A stretch of DNA of 64,000 nucleotides. It comes from an uncultured Chloroflexia bacterium. Its GTDB lineage: Bacteria; Chloroflexota; Anaerolineae; JAAYZQ01. The stretch covers positions 768,001-832,000 of the forward strand of contig CAVOXA010000014.1 of assembly GCA_963700285.1 (NCBI GenBank), in the 5' to 3' direction. The notes under the pieces are model-generated. The model made no database searches. It had not been told where the DNA came from and worked only from the letters and a program-made list of their open reading frames with translations. Positions 49,952 to 61,248 of this stretch are shown piece after piece (the first letter of the stretch is position 1; each line of letters begins with the position of its first letter). The position numbers and the translations under genes were made by a program.

Positions 49952-51403
49952 ATGACGATCACTATCCTTGGACTGGGACCTGGCAACCCTGCAGACCTGA
50001 CCCGGCAAGCGTGGGATCTGCTCTCTGAGGCGGATGAAGTCTACCTGCGAACGGCACGCCATCCTACAGTCGCCCACCTTCCCAGCCATCTTACCCTCCA
50101 CACCTTTGACGAACTGTACGAAACACTGGACAGTTTTGACGCAGTCTATGAAATCATGGCCGAGCGCGTTGTCGCCGCGGGTCGCAGGACGAAGGGGGTC
50201 CTCTACGCTGTGCCCGGCCATCCGCTGGTAGGAGAATCATCGGTCGCTCGTATCTTGCCTGCTGCTCGCAGAGAAGGCCAGGAAGTACGTGTGGTCGATG
50301 GCCTGAGCTTCATTGAGCCGGTCTTACGGCTGCTCGGTATCGATGGTCTTCAGGGCCTACAACTGGCTGATGCCACCGAGGTAGCTGGCGCCCACCACCC
50401 TCCGCTGGACCCCGATCGCCCGGCCTTGATCGGCCAACTTTATGGCCAACGGCTTGCCAGCGAGGTGAAGCTGACTCTGATGAATGCCTACGCTGACGAC
50501 CATCCCATCACCCTGGCGCAAGCAGCCGGCACGCGGGAGCAGGCAATCACAACGATCCCTCTCTATGATCTGGACCGTGGGCAGAGGGTGGATCACTTGA
50601 CCACTCTCTACGTTCCACCGTACCCAAGAGTTAGTGGTTTGCCCGGGTTGCAGGATACGGTCGCCCGGTTGCGCGCTCCTGGCGGCTGCCCCTGGGACCA
50701 GGAGCAGACCCACCAGACTTTGAGATCCAGCCTGTTGGAGGAGAGTTACGAAGTTCTGGCCGCCCTTGACGCCGAGGACCCTGAACCTCTCTGCGAGGAA
50801 CTGGGCGACCTACTGATGCAGATTGTCATGCATGCCCAAATCGCAACCGAGGAAGGCACATTCAAGTTTCCAGATGTGATCGGCCGGATCGACGCCAAGC
50901 TCAAGCGCCGCCACCCCCACGTGTTTGGGGACCTGCAAGTAGAAGAAACATCTGACGTGCTGCGCAACTGGGAGGCCATCAAGGCCAAGGAAAGGGCCGA
51001 AAAGGGTCAGGGTCACCGCTCCCGAATGGAGGGGGTACCGGCAATCCTCCCATCGCTGGCCAGGGCTCAGGCGCTAGGCGACCGTGCTGCCCGAGATGGC
51101 TTTGATTGGCCCGATCTCGATGGTGTTCTTGACAAGGTGAATGAAGAATTGGACGAATTGCGCTCGGCCAACGACGTGGAGGCCCAGACTGCAGAACTTG
51201 GGGATCTGCTATTCTCTCTGGCGAATGCATCTCGCTGGCTTGGCGTGGATGCAGAGAGCGCGCTGCGCGGCGCCTGTGACCGCTTCACCCAGCGGTACGC
51301 TGAGATGGAACGGCAGGCTCGGACTCGCGACACCCACCTGGTTGACTTGTCGTCGGCAGAACAGGAAGCGCTCTGGCAAGAGGCAAAAACGGCAGAACTG
51401 TAA
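49952..51403 (+). CDS. mazG: YabN/MazG nucleoside triphosphate pyrophosphohydrolase with tetrapyrrole-methylase N-domain
   Basis: GLGPG, YAVPGHP; GCPWD.EQT, LEESYE, EELGDLL, RRHPHVFG. Confidence 0.93.
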   Translation: MTITILGLGPGNPADLTRQAWDLLSEADEVYLRTARHPTVAHLPSHLTLHTFDELYETLDSFDAVYEIMAERVVAAGRRTKGVLYAVPGHPLVGESSVARILPAARREGQEVRVVDGLSFIEPVLRLLGIDGLQGLQLADATEVAGAHHPPLDPDRPALIGQLYGQRLASEVKLTLMNAYADDHPITLAQAAGTREQAITTIPLYDLDRGQRVDHLTTLYVPPYPRVSGLPGLQDTVARLRAPGGCPWDQEQTHQTLRSSLLEESYEVLAALDAEDPEPLCEELGDLLMQIVMHAQIATEEGTFKFPDVIGRIDAKLKRRHPHVFGDLQVEETSDVLRNWEAIKAKERAEKGQGHRSRMEGVPAILPSLARAQALGDRAARDGFDWPDLDGVLDKVNEELDELRSANDVEAQTAELGDLLFSLANASRWLGVDAESALRGACDRFTQRYAEMERQARTRDTHLVDLSSAEQEALWQEAKTAEL

Positions 51404-51498
51404 TCGCTGTTTATCACAGCCCAAACCCGGGTAGGGCCGCCACGCCTCCAGGCGACCGCGGCCGGATTTTCTCCGCCCGCGGCCGGTGATGCAGCATT

Positions 51499-51527
51499 TT
51501 GACAAGGGTTTCTTTTCCATGTACAAT
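51499..51527 (+). promoter_or_regulatory. sigma70 promoter of RfaH-like gene
   Basis: TTGACA-N17-TACAAT. Confidence 0.8.
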
Positions 51528-51632
51528 CGCCGATGACTGGCTGAATTCGCCCGCCTCGTGGCAGGGCTCGCCATCTTGGGCCAGCCAGGAAGACAGAAAT
51601 CCATACTGGCGAAAGAACGGGGCCGGATTGGC

Positions 51633-52121
51633 ATGAAGCACTGGTACGCGCTGTACACCAAACCGCACAGAGAATACCAGGTTGAGGGCCTATTGAAGGA
51701 GTCGGGGGTTGAAACCTACCTGCCCACCTTGCAGCGCAGGTTGAAACGACGGGACCGGCCCAACCGCCTCGTCTACTTTCCATGCTATCTCTTTGCCCGC
51801 CTGGATCTTGAGGTTAACCCCCGCTCATCCATCGCCTGGATGCCCGGCGTGCGCTGCATCGTCTCTGCCGGAGAGGCACCGGTCGTGGTAGCCGATGACA
51901 TGATCGATCTGATCAAACAGCGGCTGCAGGAAACCGAGCATGTTGGCTATGGCAGCTTGAACCAAGGTGATGCCGTGCGGATTACGTCCGGGCCGCTGCG
52001 GGATCTGGAGGCCGTGTTTGAGCAGCCGCTGTCAGCAGCGCACCGGGTTCGCATCCTGCTGGACGTGATGGGGCGCATGACCGCAGTGGAAATCGACTAC
52101 GCACAGATCAAAAAAATATGA
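51633..52121 (+). CDS. NusG paralog (RfaH/UpxY-like antiterminator)
   Basis: WYALYTKP..E, FP.YLF, PGV..IV; KOW 'GD.VRI..GPL'. Confidence 0.9.
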   Translation: MKHWYALYTKPHREYQVEGLLKESGVETYLPTLQRRLKRRDRPNRLVYFPCYLFARLDLEVNPRSSIAWMPGVRCIVSAGEAPVVVADDMIDLIKQRLQETEHVGYGSLNQGDAVRITSGPLRDLEAVFEQPLSAAHRVRILLDVMGRMTAVEIDYAQIKKI

Positions 52122-52149
52122 TGGCACAATTCAGAGACGGAGGGATGCG

Positions 52150-53172
52150 TTGAAAGCGTTGATAACCGGCGGCGCCGGGTTCATCGGGAGTAATTTGGTT
52201 CACAGGCTGGTCCGAGAGGGCCATAGAGTCATTGTCTACGATGACCTTTCAAGGAGGGGGACCGACAAGAACGTAGCCTGGCTGCGCGCCGAGCATGGTG
52301 ACCGGTGGACGCTGGTCCAGGCGGACATCCGCGATTTTGAGTCGTTGCGCAGCGCTGCTGCCGATGCCGACGTTATCTACCACCTGGCATCTCAGGTGGC
52401 AGTGACGACCTCGGTACAGGATCCCCGCCACGACTTTCAGGTCAACGCTTTGGGCACTTTTAACGTGCTCGAAGCAGCGCGCCTTTCCAAGCAGAATCCC
52501 ATCGTCCTCTACTCTTCGACGAACAAAGTGTACGGCGGCATGGAGGATGTGGTCGTCGTGGAGGGCGAGACCAGCTATGCCTATCGCGATTATCCGAGGG
52601 GAATACCCGAGACCTACCCCCTGGACTTTCACTCACCCTATGGCTGCTCCAAGGGAGCGGGGGATCAGTACGTACGTGACTATGCCCGCATCTATGGACT
52701 GCGTACGGTGGTATGCCGCCAGAGTTGTATCTACGGGTCGCGGCAGTTCGGCGTCGAGGACCAGGGCTGGGTGGCCTGGTTCCTCATCGCCATCGTGACA
52801 GGCCAGCCGATTACCATCTATGGCGATGGCAAGCAAGTGCGCGACGTCCTTTGGGTAGACGACCTCCTGGAACTCTATCAGGCCGCCGTCGATCGCATCG
52901 ATGTGGCTGCAGGTCAGGTCTACAACGTAGGAGGCGGTCCCGAGAATACTCTGGCGGTGTGGAGCGAACTAGGCCCCGTGCTCAGAACGCTCATGGGGCA
53001 TGATATTGACGTTGGCCACAGTGATTGGCGCCCTGGGGACCAGCGCATATTTGTGGCCGATATCGGCAAAGCCGAGAGGGAGTTGGGCTGGCGTCCCAAG
53101 GTCAGCAAAGAGCAGGGTGTTCGCAGCCTCTATGAGTGGGTGGTGTCCAACAAAGCACTGTTTGATGCTTGA
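52150..53172 (+). CDS. Extended SDR NDP-sugar epimerase (CDP-paratose 2-epimerase-like)
   Basis: TGGAGFIG, HLA.QVAVTTS, SSTNKVYG, YGCSKG, RQSCIYG.RQFG.EDQGW. Confidence 0.88.
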   Translation: MKALITGGAGFIGSNLVHRLVREGHRVIVYDDLSRRGTDKNVAWLRAEHGDRWTLVQADIRDFESLRSAAADADVIYHLASQVAVTTSVQDPRHDFQVNALGTFNVLEAARLSKQNPIVLYSSTNKVYGGMEDVVVVEGETSYAYRDYPRGIPETYPLDFHSPYGCSKGAGDQYVRDYARIYGLRTVVCRQSCIYGSRQFGVEDQGWVAWFLIAIVTGQPITIYGDGKQVRDVLWVDDLLELYQAAVDRIDVAAGQVYNVGGGPENTLAVWSELGPVLRTLMGHDIDVGHSDWRPGDQRIFVADIGKAERELGWRPKVSKEQGVRSLYEWVVSNKALFDA

Positions 53173-53193
53173 CAAGAGATCACAGACTTGGAT

Positions 53194-53231
53194 AGCAACA
53201 GGCTCCCTCAGAAACGGGAGCCTGTTGTTTG
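53194..53231. terminator. Terminator between convergent epimerase and glnS
   Basis: CAACAGGCTCCC-tcagaaac-GGGAGCCTGTTG then TTTG. Confidence 0.75.
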
Positions 53232-53275
53232 TTAGCCGGCCATCAGGAGCCGGACCCCGCAATCGGCACGCCCGT

Positions 53276-55003
53276 TCATCTCCTTCGCTGCTCTTGCCGA
53301 GCCTGCTCGAGCTTGGCCCAAGTATCGCGCAGGGTAATGGTTCGATTGAAAACGAGTTCCTGATCGGACGAATCAGGATCGACACAAAAGTAACCCAACC
53401 GCAAGAACTGGTAGCGGCTTCCCGCTTCTGCGCCGGCCAGACTCTGCTCCACCTTGCACCCAGTTAGAACCTCTAGCGAGTCCGGGTTGACATTGTCCTT
53501 GAAGCTGCCCCCCTCCCCCACCTCGCCTGGATCCGCCGTGGACAAAAGATAGTCGTACAGACGAACCCGAGCTTCCAGTGCATGAGGCGCCGAAACCCAA
53601 TGCAGCGTGCCCCTCACCTTGCGACCATCGGGTGACGCCCCCCCGCGGGACTCGGGGTCGTAGCTGCAGCGCAACTCGACCACCTCACCGGTCCGCTCAT
53701 CCTTGATCACATCGGTACAGGTCACATAGTAGGCATGCTTGAGACGAACCTCGCGACCGGGCGCCAGCCGGAACCAGTTTTTCGGCGGATCCTCGCGAAA
53801 GTCCTCCTGTTCCACGTACAGCACTCGGGAGAAAGGAACGTCCCTGGTGCCCGCGCTATCGTCTTCGGGATTGTTGACAGCCTCAAACTCCTCGACCTGG
53901 CCCTCGGAATAATTCTCGATGACAACGCAAAGCGGGCGCAACACGGCCATCACGCGCGGGGCTCGTTCGTTCAGATCCTGGCGAACGCAGTGCTCAAGCA
54001 GTGCAATATCTACCAAGCTTTCGTTCTTTGCTACACCAATGCGCTTCAGGAAGACTCGGATTGCCTCCGACGTATAGCCCCGGCGTCGCATGCCGGCAAT
54101 AGTCGGCATCCGTGGGTCGTCCCACCCGTAGACATAACCCTCATTCACCAGTTGCAGCAAGTAGCGCTTGCTCAGTATCGTATGGGAAAGATTCAGGCGT
54201 GCAAACTCGATCTGACGAGGATGGAATATGCCCAACTGCTCAATGAACCAGTCATAGAGAGGGCGATGTTCTTCGTAGCCCAGATCGCAGAGGGAATGGG
54301 TAATCCCCTCTATCGAGTCCGACTGCCCATGGGCCCAATCGTACATGGGATAAATGCACCACTCATCCCCCGTGCGGTGATGGCTGGCATGTAAGATACG
54401 GTACATGACCGGGTCGCGAAGGTTCATATTGCCCGATTGCATGTCGATCTTGGCCCGCAGGACGTGAGCGCCATCGGGGAACTCGCCAGCTCGCATGCGC
54501 TGGAAAAGATCAAGATTCTCCTCGACCGTGCGATTGCGATAGGGGCTGTCCTTGCCAGGTACCCCAAAAGCACCGCGGTAGTCCTTGATTTCCTCCGGAC
54601 TCAGGCTATCGACGTACGCCTTCCCATCGCGGACCAACAGCAGAGCCCACTCGTATAGCTGCTCGAAATAGTCCGAGGCATAGTATTCCCGATCATCCCA
54701 GTCATAGCCGAGCCATCTTATGTCGCCCTTGATGGCTTCCACGTACTCGGTCTCTTCCTTGACCGGATTGGTGTCGTCAAATCGCAGGTTGCCCTTTCCC
54801 CCAAAATCCTGTGCTATACCGAAATCGATACTGATCGCCTTGGCGTGGCCGATATGCATATAGCCATTGGGCTCGGGCGGGAAGCGCGTGTGCACGCGAT
54901 CAAACCGTCCCGTCTCAAGGTCCTCGGCAACCGCTTCGCGGATAAAGTCAGAGGGAGTGTCGGGCTCAACTGCCGTCGGGTTCGCGGGCGCCTTCTTGTC
55001 CAT
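53276..55003 (-). CDS. glnS: Glutamine--tRNA ligase
   Basis: [45 protein letters not shown]. Confidence 0.96.
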   Translation of the reverse strand: MDKKAPANPTAVEPDTPSDFIREAVAEDLETGRFDRVHTRFPPEPNGYMHIGHAKAISIDFGIAQDFGGKGNLRFDDTNPVKEETEYVEAIKGDIRWLGYDWDDREYYASDYFEQLYEWALLLVRDGKAYVDSLSPEEIKDYRGAFGVPGKDSPYRNRTVEENLDLFQRMRAGEFPDGAHVLRAKIDMQSGNMNLRDPVMYRILHASHHRTGDEWCIYPMYDWAHGQSDSIEGITHSLCDLGYEEHRPLYDWFIEQLGIFHPRQIEFARLNLSHTILSKRYLLQLVNEGYVYGWDDPRMPTIAGMRRRGYTSEAIRVFLKRIGVAKNESLVDIALLEHCVRQDLNERAPRVMAVLRPLCVVIENYSEGQVEEFEAVNNPEDDSAGTRDVPFSRVLYVEQEDFREDPPKNWFRLAPGREVRLKHAYYVTCTDVIKDERTGEVVELRCSYDPESRGGASPDGRKVRGTLHWVSAPHALEARVRLYDYLLSTADPGEVGEGGSFKDNVNPDSLEVLTGCKVEQSLAGAEAGSRYQFLRLGYFCVDPDSSDQELVFNRTITLRDTWAKLEQARQEQRRR

Positions 55004-55246
55004 GAGTTCTTCTCCTATACTGCCAGATAACGATTATGATAGCGCATAGTATATCACGACACTGGCCGATGGTCAACCCAAATCCAGGTCCCTAGAAACC
55101 CTCTGGGCAAACCCACAGGTTCTATCGAAAACGGGGCCGGCACGTTACCTGCCAGGCGCCAACTTGCGCTCTCCGTACTCAGGGTCCTGAAACTTGCCTG
55201 GTCCTGAGTGGGTCTGGAGACGCCGCCTCACTGGGAAGCGCGTCAA

Positions 55247-56119
55247 CTACAGCCCGCGGACCGCCTTTACCGCATCCATATAGCGCCGCACTCGATCCAG
55301 GTCTATCGGATTCTCTGCAACGCCATCGACCTTCAAGCTACTGCCAACAATGGCCCCGTCCGCGTACTGCAGAAAGCCAGCGACATTCTCGGCAGTTGTA
55401 CCACTGCCCATCAAAATCGGCCTCGTTGCCAGTTCTTTCGCTCGGCGAACCTTGTCCAGGGGCGGCGCCGAGCCGGTCATCCTACCCGAGACAATCAACG
55501 CATCGGCACGGTAAAACTCGGTCCACTCGATGTGTGTCTCCAGATCCAACCCAGGGAAGGGGATCGAGTGTTTTTTGTCGACGTCAGCAAAGAGCTTCAC
55601 ATGCTCAGCTCCCAGCTCCTTGCGCCGGCGGAGCAGATCCGCAGCACAGCCCTTGTCCAAGCCACCCGTATCCCAAAGCCGTGCGCCGGTAAGGATGCAC
55701 ACACGGATAAAAGCTGCACCAGCCGCCACAGCAATAGCCAGTTCCGCAAAAGCGCCATTGTGGATCACATTGACGCCTACCGGTACAGGCGTCTCGGGCT
55801 GCGCTGCCATTTCAACCACGGCACGGGCAGCTACAGCCTGCGCGGCAGCAGATTCCAGTGGAACACTGGCGCCAGCATAGTAGGGTAGATCCCACATATT
55901 CTCCACGATCAGACCATCGACACCACCCTCCAGTAACGCTTCGGCATCACACCGGGCATGGTCCAAGATGGTACCAATGCCATAGCCCGAGTATCCGGGC
56001 GCCCCAGGAAGAGGCCAAAGGTGAACCATACCAATCACCGGCTTTTGCACACCGAACATACCAGCCAATGAATCCAAACGGATATCATCGAGATGCTGCT
56101 TCCACAATACGTCTGCCAC
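55247..56119 (-). CDS. BtpA/SgcQ-family TIM-barrel protein
   Basis: IGMVHL.PLPG, VEN..D.P, GVNV..N, ADV..KH, DGAIVGS.LK.DG. Confidence 0.88.
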   Translation of the reverse strand: MADVLWKQHLDDIRLDSLAGMFGVQKPVIGMVHLWPLPGAPGYSGYGIGTILDHARCDAEALLEGGVDGLIVENMWDLPYYAGASVPLESAAAQAVAARAVVEMAAQPETPVPVGVNVIHNGAFAELAIAVAAGAAFIRVCILTGARLWDTGGLDKGCAADLLRRRKELGAEHVKLFADVDKKHSIPFPGLDLETHIEWTEFYRADALIVSGRMTGSAPPLDKVRRAKELATRPILMGSGTTAENVAGFLQYADGAIVGSSLKVDGVAENPIDLDRVRRYMDAVKAVRGL

Positions 56120-56257
56120 TTGGATTCCCCCTTTGTTTATGTCCAATTGAATGCGATGCCCTGCCCTATCCTGGACTCCCGCAGAATCTGAATTCCGGCA
56201 TCCCGGGAGCAGTGCCGCCGATCCGAGACCATCCCAAAACAAACGGGAACGGGTCAT

Positions 56258-57259
56258 TCACGCAGTCAATGTCCTGACAAAGCCGATCACCCGGTCGAGG
56301 CTGTCTTGATCTATGCATTCCACTGGGTCAAGACGGGACCGAGTGAGCAACACCAACAAATCGCCAGCCGCTGGGACAGAGCCTCCAGCTCCGACGCGTG
56401 TCGCGGTCAGCGCTCCCATGACGTTGGCCAACAGACCCGCAGCGGGCCAATCCAGAGCCGCCAGGTGGGCCGCCAGCAATCCAGCCGCAAAGCTGTCACC
56501 GGCGCCAGTACTATCCCGGGCCTGGACGCTGAAACCTGGCACATGAAACGTGTTCATGCCGTCAGAGATCAAGCATCCATCCAGGCCAAGCTTCAAGGCC
56601 ACCAAGCGCGCCCCTGCGGCCACCAAGGCTTGAGCACAGTCTTCAGGTGCACTCAGATGGGTCAGCGCCCTGGCTTCGGCCAGGTTCGGCAGGAATATGT
56701 CGATGCCGGGCAGGAGGCTTCGCATCCTTGCCGCCACGGCCGGGTCGCCACCCAGGCCCGGATCAAGAGCCACGATCAAACCATGGCGGTGAGCCAATTC
56801 CAGGGCCAGGAGGGCGGCACTGCGCTGAGGTTCGGCCAGCAGAGCATAGCCCGAGAGATAGAAAAGATGGGCATCCTCAAAGTCATCTGCGGTCAGCAGC
56901 CGAGGATCGGTGAAAGCGTTCGCTCCACGATAGCCAAGGATAGTACGCTCGCCGTCAGGTGTGACCACAATATACATGGAACCAGTCATGACCTGCGGAT
57001 CTCGTTGGAGCCTACCAAGACCAACTCCAGCTTCACGCAGCCAGCGCAGCGCGACGGAAGCCCAAGGGTCAGGGCCAACACGCGCGATCAACAGCGTCTC
57101 GACGCCCAGAACTGAAAGAGCCGTAGAAGTGTTGGCCGCCGCTCCCCCACAATGAAATGCGGTAGCGCTGGCAAAGGCATCCTGGCCCAGGATAGGGAAA
57201 GCGGGATAGTGGGCAATGACATCCACATTGATGTCGCCCAGCGCCACAACTTGGGTCAT
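56258..57259 (-). CDS. PfkB-family carbohydrate kinase
   Basis: GG.AAN, G.D, DGERT, N..EA, DSTGAGDSF. Confidence 0.92.
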   Translation of the reverse strand: MTQVVALGDINVDVIAHYPAFPILGQDAFASATAFHCGGAAANTSTALSVLGVETLLIARVGPDPWASVALRWLREAGVGLGRLQRDPQVMTGSMYIVVTPDGERTILGYRGANAFTDPRLLTADDFEDAHLFYLSGYALLAEPQRSAALLALELAHRHGLIVALDPGLGGDPAVAARMRSLLPGIDIFLPNLAEARALTHLSAPEDCAQALVAAGARLVALKLGLDGCLISDGMNTFHVPGFSVQARDSTGAGDSFAAGLLAAHLAALDWPAAGLLANVMGALTATRVGAGGSVPAAGDLLVLLTRSRLDPVECIDQDSLDRVIGFVRTLTA

Positions 57260-57427
57260 GTCACGCAGCCTTCTGTCGCTCGAAACCAGGCTTCGCATTG
57301 GTTCAGACTGTGCCCAGCAGTTCAGGCAATGCGCGAGCCAGCTCGGTCAGATGGCTTGCCACAGACGACATACTATGCCGATAGAAGGCAGCCTCCCCCG
57401 AGACGGGTCAATGGCAACTACGCGCGC

Positions 57428-57763
57428 CTAGTCTGCAGGCATGAGGCAAGGACGACGCGCATGGAAGCTCAGGTAAGTGAAGGGCCCACCCGCACTTCGC
57501 AGTTTGCGGGCCGTCCCTTTGGGAATATAGAAGAAATCGCCATCGGTCAGGAGGTGCTGTTGGCCATCGACCTGTAAAAAGCCCTCACCCTCCAAGACCA
57601 CACCGGCTACATCGACCTCGGCATTGATATGTAGGGGCACGCCTTCCCCTCCGTCAAACCGTAGACAATTGCAGTCCAGATCCGGGCTTCCCAGCGAGAA
57701 GATAGGCCCATTGTACTCGGGATCCGTATCCGTCTCAAAGAGATTGACGATCTTTGGTTCCAT
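57428..57763 (-). CDS. Cupin-domain protein
   Basis: 'H.N.EVD','VLEGEG...VDG','GDFFYIPKG'. Confidence 0.75.
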   Translation of the reverse strand: MEPKIVNLFETDTDPEYNGPIFSLGSPDLDCNCLRFDGGEGVPLHINAEVDVAGVVLEGEGFLQVDGQQHLLTDGDFFYIPKGTARKLRSAGGPFTYLSFHARRPCLMPAD

Positions 57764-58035
57764 CTCGGCCCTCCAGCTATTGTGCTTCTGAGACGCACCG
57801 TGCAAAAGTGGCATCGGACGCCAGCGTTGAAACTCTCACTCGAGCATGCTGCATTGTACTGCAAAAGCTGGGCCAGAGCAAGTAGACCGCGCATAGGACA
57901 CCGCCTTGCGGTTTTCGACTTGATCTGGTACTATGGGGGCAGGGTGATTGCCGTCCAGAATCACGTCAAATTGCCCCATCGAATCGGTCCCTGCAATCGG
58001 ACTGTTTGCGCTGCATCGAGTGATTGGAGGAAAAC

Positions 58036-58914
58036 ATGATCCAAGAGGTCGCTCCCAAGATATTTGTCGAGACTGAATTCCACGGAGCGAATGTAGGTTT
58101 TGTCGTCACCAGCGAAGGCGTGATCCTCATCGACACGCCGATGTTGCCGGATGACGCCCATCTATGGCAGGAGGAGATCAGACAGCGGACTGACAAGGAG
58201 ATCCGCTACATTATCAACACTGACCACCACCGGGCCCATATCGTCGGCAACCAGTACTTTCCAATGGCGACAGTTATTGCCCATGAATTCGCGTGGAAAA
58301 ACATGCAGAGCTACGGTGATAGCTTCCGCACACGACTGCTGAACCTATACGGCGACCGGATCCCCGAAGCAGCAGAGGAGTGGAAGCAACACCTCGAAAT
58401 CACGTTGCCAGAGATCACATTCACGGACCGAACCATACTGTTCAGCGGGGACAAAGAGATCCAGATGGTCCCGGTAGGCGGTCACACACCCGCAACGACC
58501 GTGATCTATTTCCCCAATGAAAGACTGCTGTTCGCAGGGGATCTGGTAGTCACAGACCGCCCGCCTTTTCTATCTCAGGGGAATACCAAGGAATGGCTAC
58601 AGGCATTGACCTACCTGCGCAAGCTGCAGTACGACATTCTCATCCCAGGTCACGGCGAAGTGACTGGCAAAGAGGCCACGGAGCGCATGTCCGAGTTCTT
58701 GCGCCTGGTTCGACGCAAGGTACGCAGTGCTTACCGCGCTGGCCTAACCAAGGCGGACACTGCGCGGAGTTTGAGATACCTTATCCATCAGTGGCCAATC
58801 CCGCCCTTCGAGAAACCCAAGGCTGATCGCCGCTTCAAGTCATCCCTGAACCGGGTCTGGAATGAGATACGCGCCGAAGCGATGGCCAAGAGCAAGGCCG
58901 GTACCAAAAGGTAG
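58036..58914 (+). CDS. MBL-fold metallo-hydrolase (cyclase-like)
   Basis: IDT, NTDHH.AH, GHT, FAGDL, IPGHG; the HxHxDH motif is degenerate. Confidence 0.85.
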   Translation: MIQEVAPKIFVETEFHGANVGFVVTSEGVILIDTPMLPDDAHLWQEEIRQRTDKEIRYIINTDHHRAHIVGNQYFPMATVIAHEFAWKNMQSYGDSFRTRLLNLYGDRIPEAAEEWKQHLEITLPEITFTDRTILFSGDKEIQMVPVGGHTPATTVIYFPNERLLFAGDLVVTDRPPFLSQGNTKEWLQALTYLRKLQYDILIPGHGEVTGKEATERMSEFLRLVRRKVRSAYRAGLTKADTARSLRYLIHQWPIPPFEKPKADRRFKSSLNRVWNEIRAEAMAKSKAGTKR

Positions 58915-59032
58915 TAGATCCATCGCCAGTCTTGTCAAAACCTTCTGCATGAATCCTGCACATACGGTAGGTACAATCATAGGGCTTGGCCCGTGGAACC
59001 ACGGGGTATTCTCGTTAAGTCTGGTTGGATAG

Positions 59033-60271
59033 ATGGGAACACCAACTTTGGACAGCCGTAGCGAAAGCCGGCAACAGTCACCACGACAATACAGAATTCT
59101 GATGGTCGCCCCCACCTCTTTCTTTTCCGATTACGGCTGCTCGGTACGCATCCTGGAGGAGACACGAGTTCTGCAGAGGCTGGGCCACGATCTGACCGTA
59201 TGCACGTACCGTAACGGGCAGGAGGTACCCGGCCTGTCTGTCCGCCGGACTCCCAGTATCCCATTCCGGCAACACTATGAAGTCGGATCGTCACCCCACA
59301 AGATTCTCTTTGACCTACTCCTATTCTGGACCGTGCTGTTCACTGCCCTGCGCCACCGCCCTGATGTCATCCACGCACATATGCACGAAGGGGCCTTGAT
59401 CGGCCTGATGGTCGGTCGCCTGCTGCATATTCCTCTGGTCTTTGATTTTCAGGGGAGCTTGACCGGTGAGATGCTGGACCACAGGTTCTTGAGTCGAAAC
59501 AGCATCCTCTACCGTCCACTGCGGTGGCTGGAAACAACCGTCGATCACCTGTCACCCATCATCCTCACGAGTTCCCACAACGCCAAGAACGCACTGGTCA
59601 GTGACTTTGGCTGCGTCCCAGAGCAAATATACCCCGTGGCCGACTGTGTGGACCCCGCTATCTTTTTCCCGGCCGAGAAAAGTGAGATGGCCGCTTTGGC
59701 CAAGCGACGGGCGTGCCTGGGAATTCCTGTGGGCCGCAAGATCGTCGTGTACCTGGGACTGCTCGCAGACTATCAGGGTACTGACACCCTGCTCCATGCC
59801 GTGAGCCTACTCTTGCAGCAGCGCGACGACGTACATTTTCTTATCATGGGTTTTCCAGCAGTCGAGCATTATCAAAACATGGCCAGACGACTGGGTGTAG
59901 CCGATCACACCACCTTCACTGGCAAAGTCCCGTATCCACAGGCACGGGACCACTTGGCAGTGGGAGATGTCGCCGTCGCCCCCAAGTTGTCAAAGACTGA
60001 AGGCAGCGGCAAGACTCTCAACTATATGGCCATGGGCCTGCCCACTGTGGCTTTTGATACGCCGGTCAGCCGGGAGTACCTGGCGGATGTGGGATTCTAT
60101 GCGACTCCGGGCGATCCGGGTTCCCTCGCTGAGGCCATGTTGAGAGGCCTATCCGAGGCCCCAGACAGTCGTCGCGGGCAAGTCCTTCGCCAGATGGCCG
60201 TGGAGGACTATTCCTGGGATCGAGCTGTGGAAACCGTCCTGCGAGCCTACAAGTCGGTTTGCCATGGATGA
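59033..60271 (+). CDS. Glycosyltransferase family 4
   Basis: HAH.HEG, YLG.L..YQG, 'EG.GK.LNYMA.GLP.V.FD'. Confidence 0.9.
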   Translation: MGTPTLDSRSESRQQSPRQYRILMVAPTSFFSDYGCSVRILEETRVLQRLGHDLTVCTYRNGQEVPGLSVRRTPSIPFRQHYEVGSSPHKILFDLLLFWTVLFTALRHRPDVIHAHMHEGALIGLMVGRLLHIPLVFDFQGSLTGEMLDHRFLSRNSILYRPLRWLETTVDHLSPIILTSSHNAKNALVSDFGCVPEQIYPVADCVDPAIFFPAEKSEMAALAKRRACLGIPVGRKIVVYLGLLADYQGTDTLLHAVSLLLQQRDDVHFLIMGFPAVEHYQNMARRLGVADHTTFTGKVPYPQARDHLAVGDVAVAPKLSKTEGSGKTLNYMAMGLPTVAFDTPVSREYLADVGFYATPGDPGSLAEAMLRGLSEAPDSRRGQVLRQMAVEDYSWDRAVETVLRAYKSVCHG

Positions 60272-60328
60272 CCAACCGTGATATAATGCGCCGCTTGGTA
60301 GGCATCGCAATGCTGGACATGGAGACGC

Positions 60329-61135
60329 ATGATCCGTCGCGCAAGAGAACTTTATCAGTATCGGGAGTTGCTCAGGAACTTGGTTGTCCGAGATCTGAAG
60401 GTACGCTACAGGAACTCGGTCCTGGGGGTCTTGTGGTCCCTGCTCAACCCTTTGTTGATGACGTTGGTGTTCACCGTCGTCTTTACACTGATGATACCCA
60501 GCAACATCCCAAACTACCCGGTATTCTTTATGTGCGGCTTTCTGCCGTGGACCTTCTTGGCCTCCTCACTGAATGGGGCAACGGGCTCGATCATCAACAA
60601 TTCCAATCTGATCAAAAAAGTGTACTTTCCCAGGGACATCCTGCCACTGGCAGACGTCCTGGCCAACTTGGTTCACTTTTTGGTAGCCCTGTTGGTGCTC
60701 TTTGCCATGGTCTATGCCTTTCAGATGAAGCTGACGCCGGCGGTGCTCATGCTACCGCTCATCATCCTGACGCAATTGATGTTTGTCGCCGGCCTGGCCC
60801 TGTTGCTGTCAACCGCGAATGTCTTCTACCGCGACACCCAGCACATTCTGAGCGTCGTGATCCAGGCTTGGTTCTTTCTGACGCCGGTCTTCTACCCCAT
60901 CACCGTTTTGCCCGAGAGCGCTGAGATTCTGGGGTTCACCCTTAACGTCCAACTCTGGGTCCGGCGTCTGAATCCGATGGCATCGCTGATAGCTTCGTAC
61001 CGCGATGTCATCTATCGCGGTGACTTTACAGGGTTGGATTTTTTCTTGAGAACGTTTGTGACCTGCCTGATCACGATACTGATCGGCTACTATGTATTCT
61101 GCCGCTTCAGCTCCCTATTTGGGGAAGAAGTTTAG
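60329..61135 (+). CDS. Polysaccharide ABC exporter permease (Wzm/TagG)
   Basis: RDLKVRY..S.LG.LW.LLNP, KKVYFP, YRD, TPVFYP, LNP. Confidence 0.93.
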   Translation: MIRRARELYQYRELLRNLVVRDLKVRYRNSVLGVLWSLLNPLLMTLVFTVVFTLMIPSNIPNYPVFFMCGFLPWTFLASSLNGATGSIINNSNLIKKVYFPRDILPLADVLANLVHFLVALLVLFAMVYAFQMKLTPAVLMLPLIILTQLMFVAGLALLLSTANVFYRDTQHILSVVIQAWFFLTPVFYPITVLPESAEILGFTLNVQLWVRRLNPMASLIASYRDVIYRGDFTGLDFFLRTFVTCLITILIGYYVFCRFSSLFGEEV

Positions 61136-61248
61136 GTACTGTCAGCAGGACCGCACGAAAAGCCCTCCCACCTGCAGCCACCACGCAGGCGCGGCAGGAC
61201 TCACGGCGAGTGGCTGCCTGGCAAGCACTGAATATTGAAAGTGGTATC

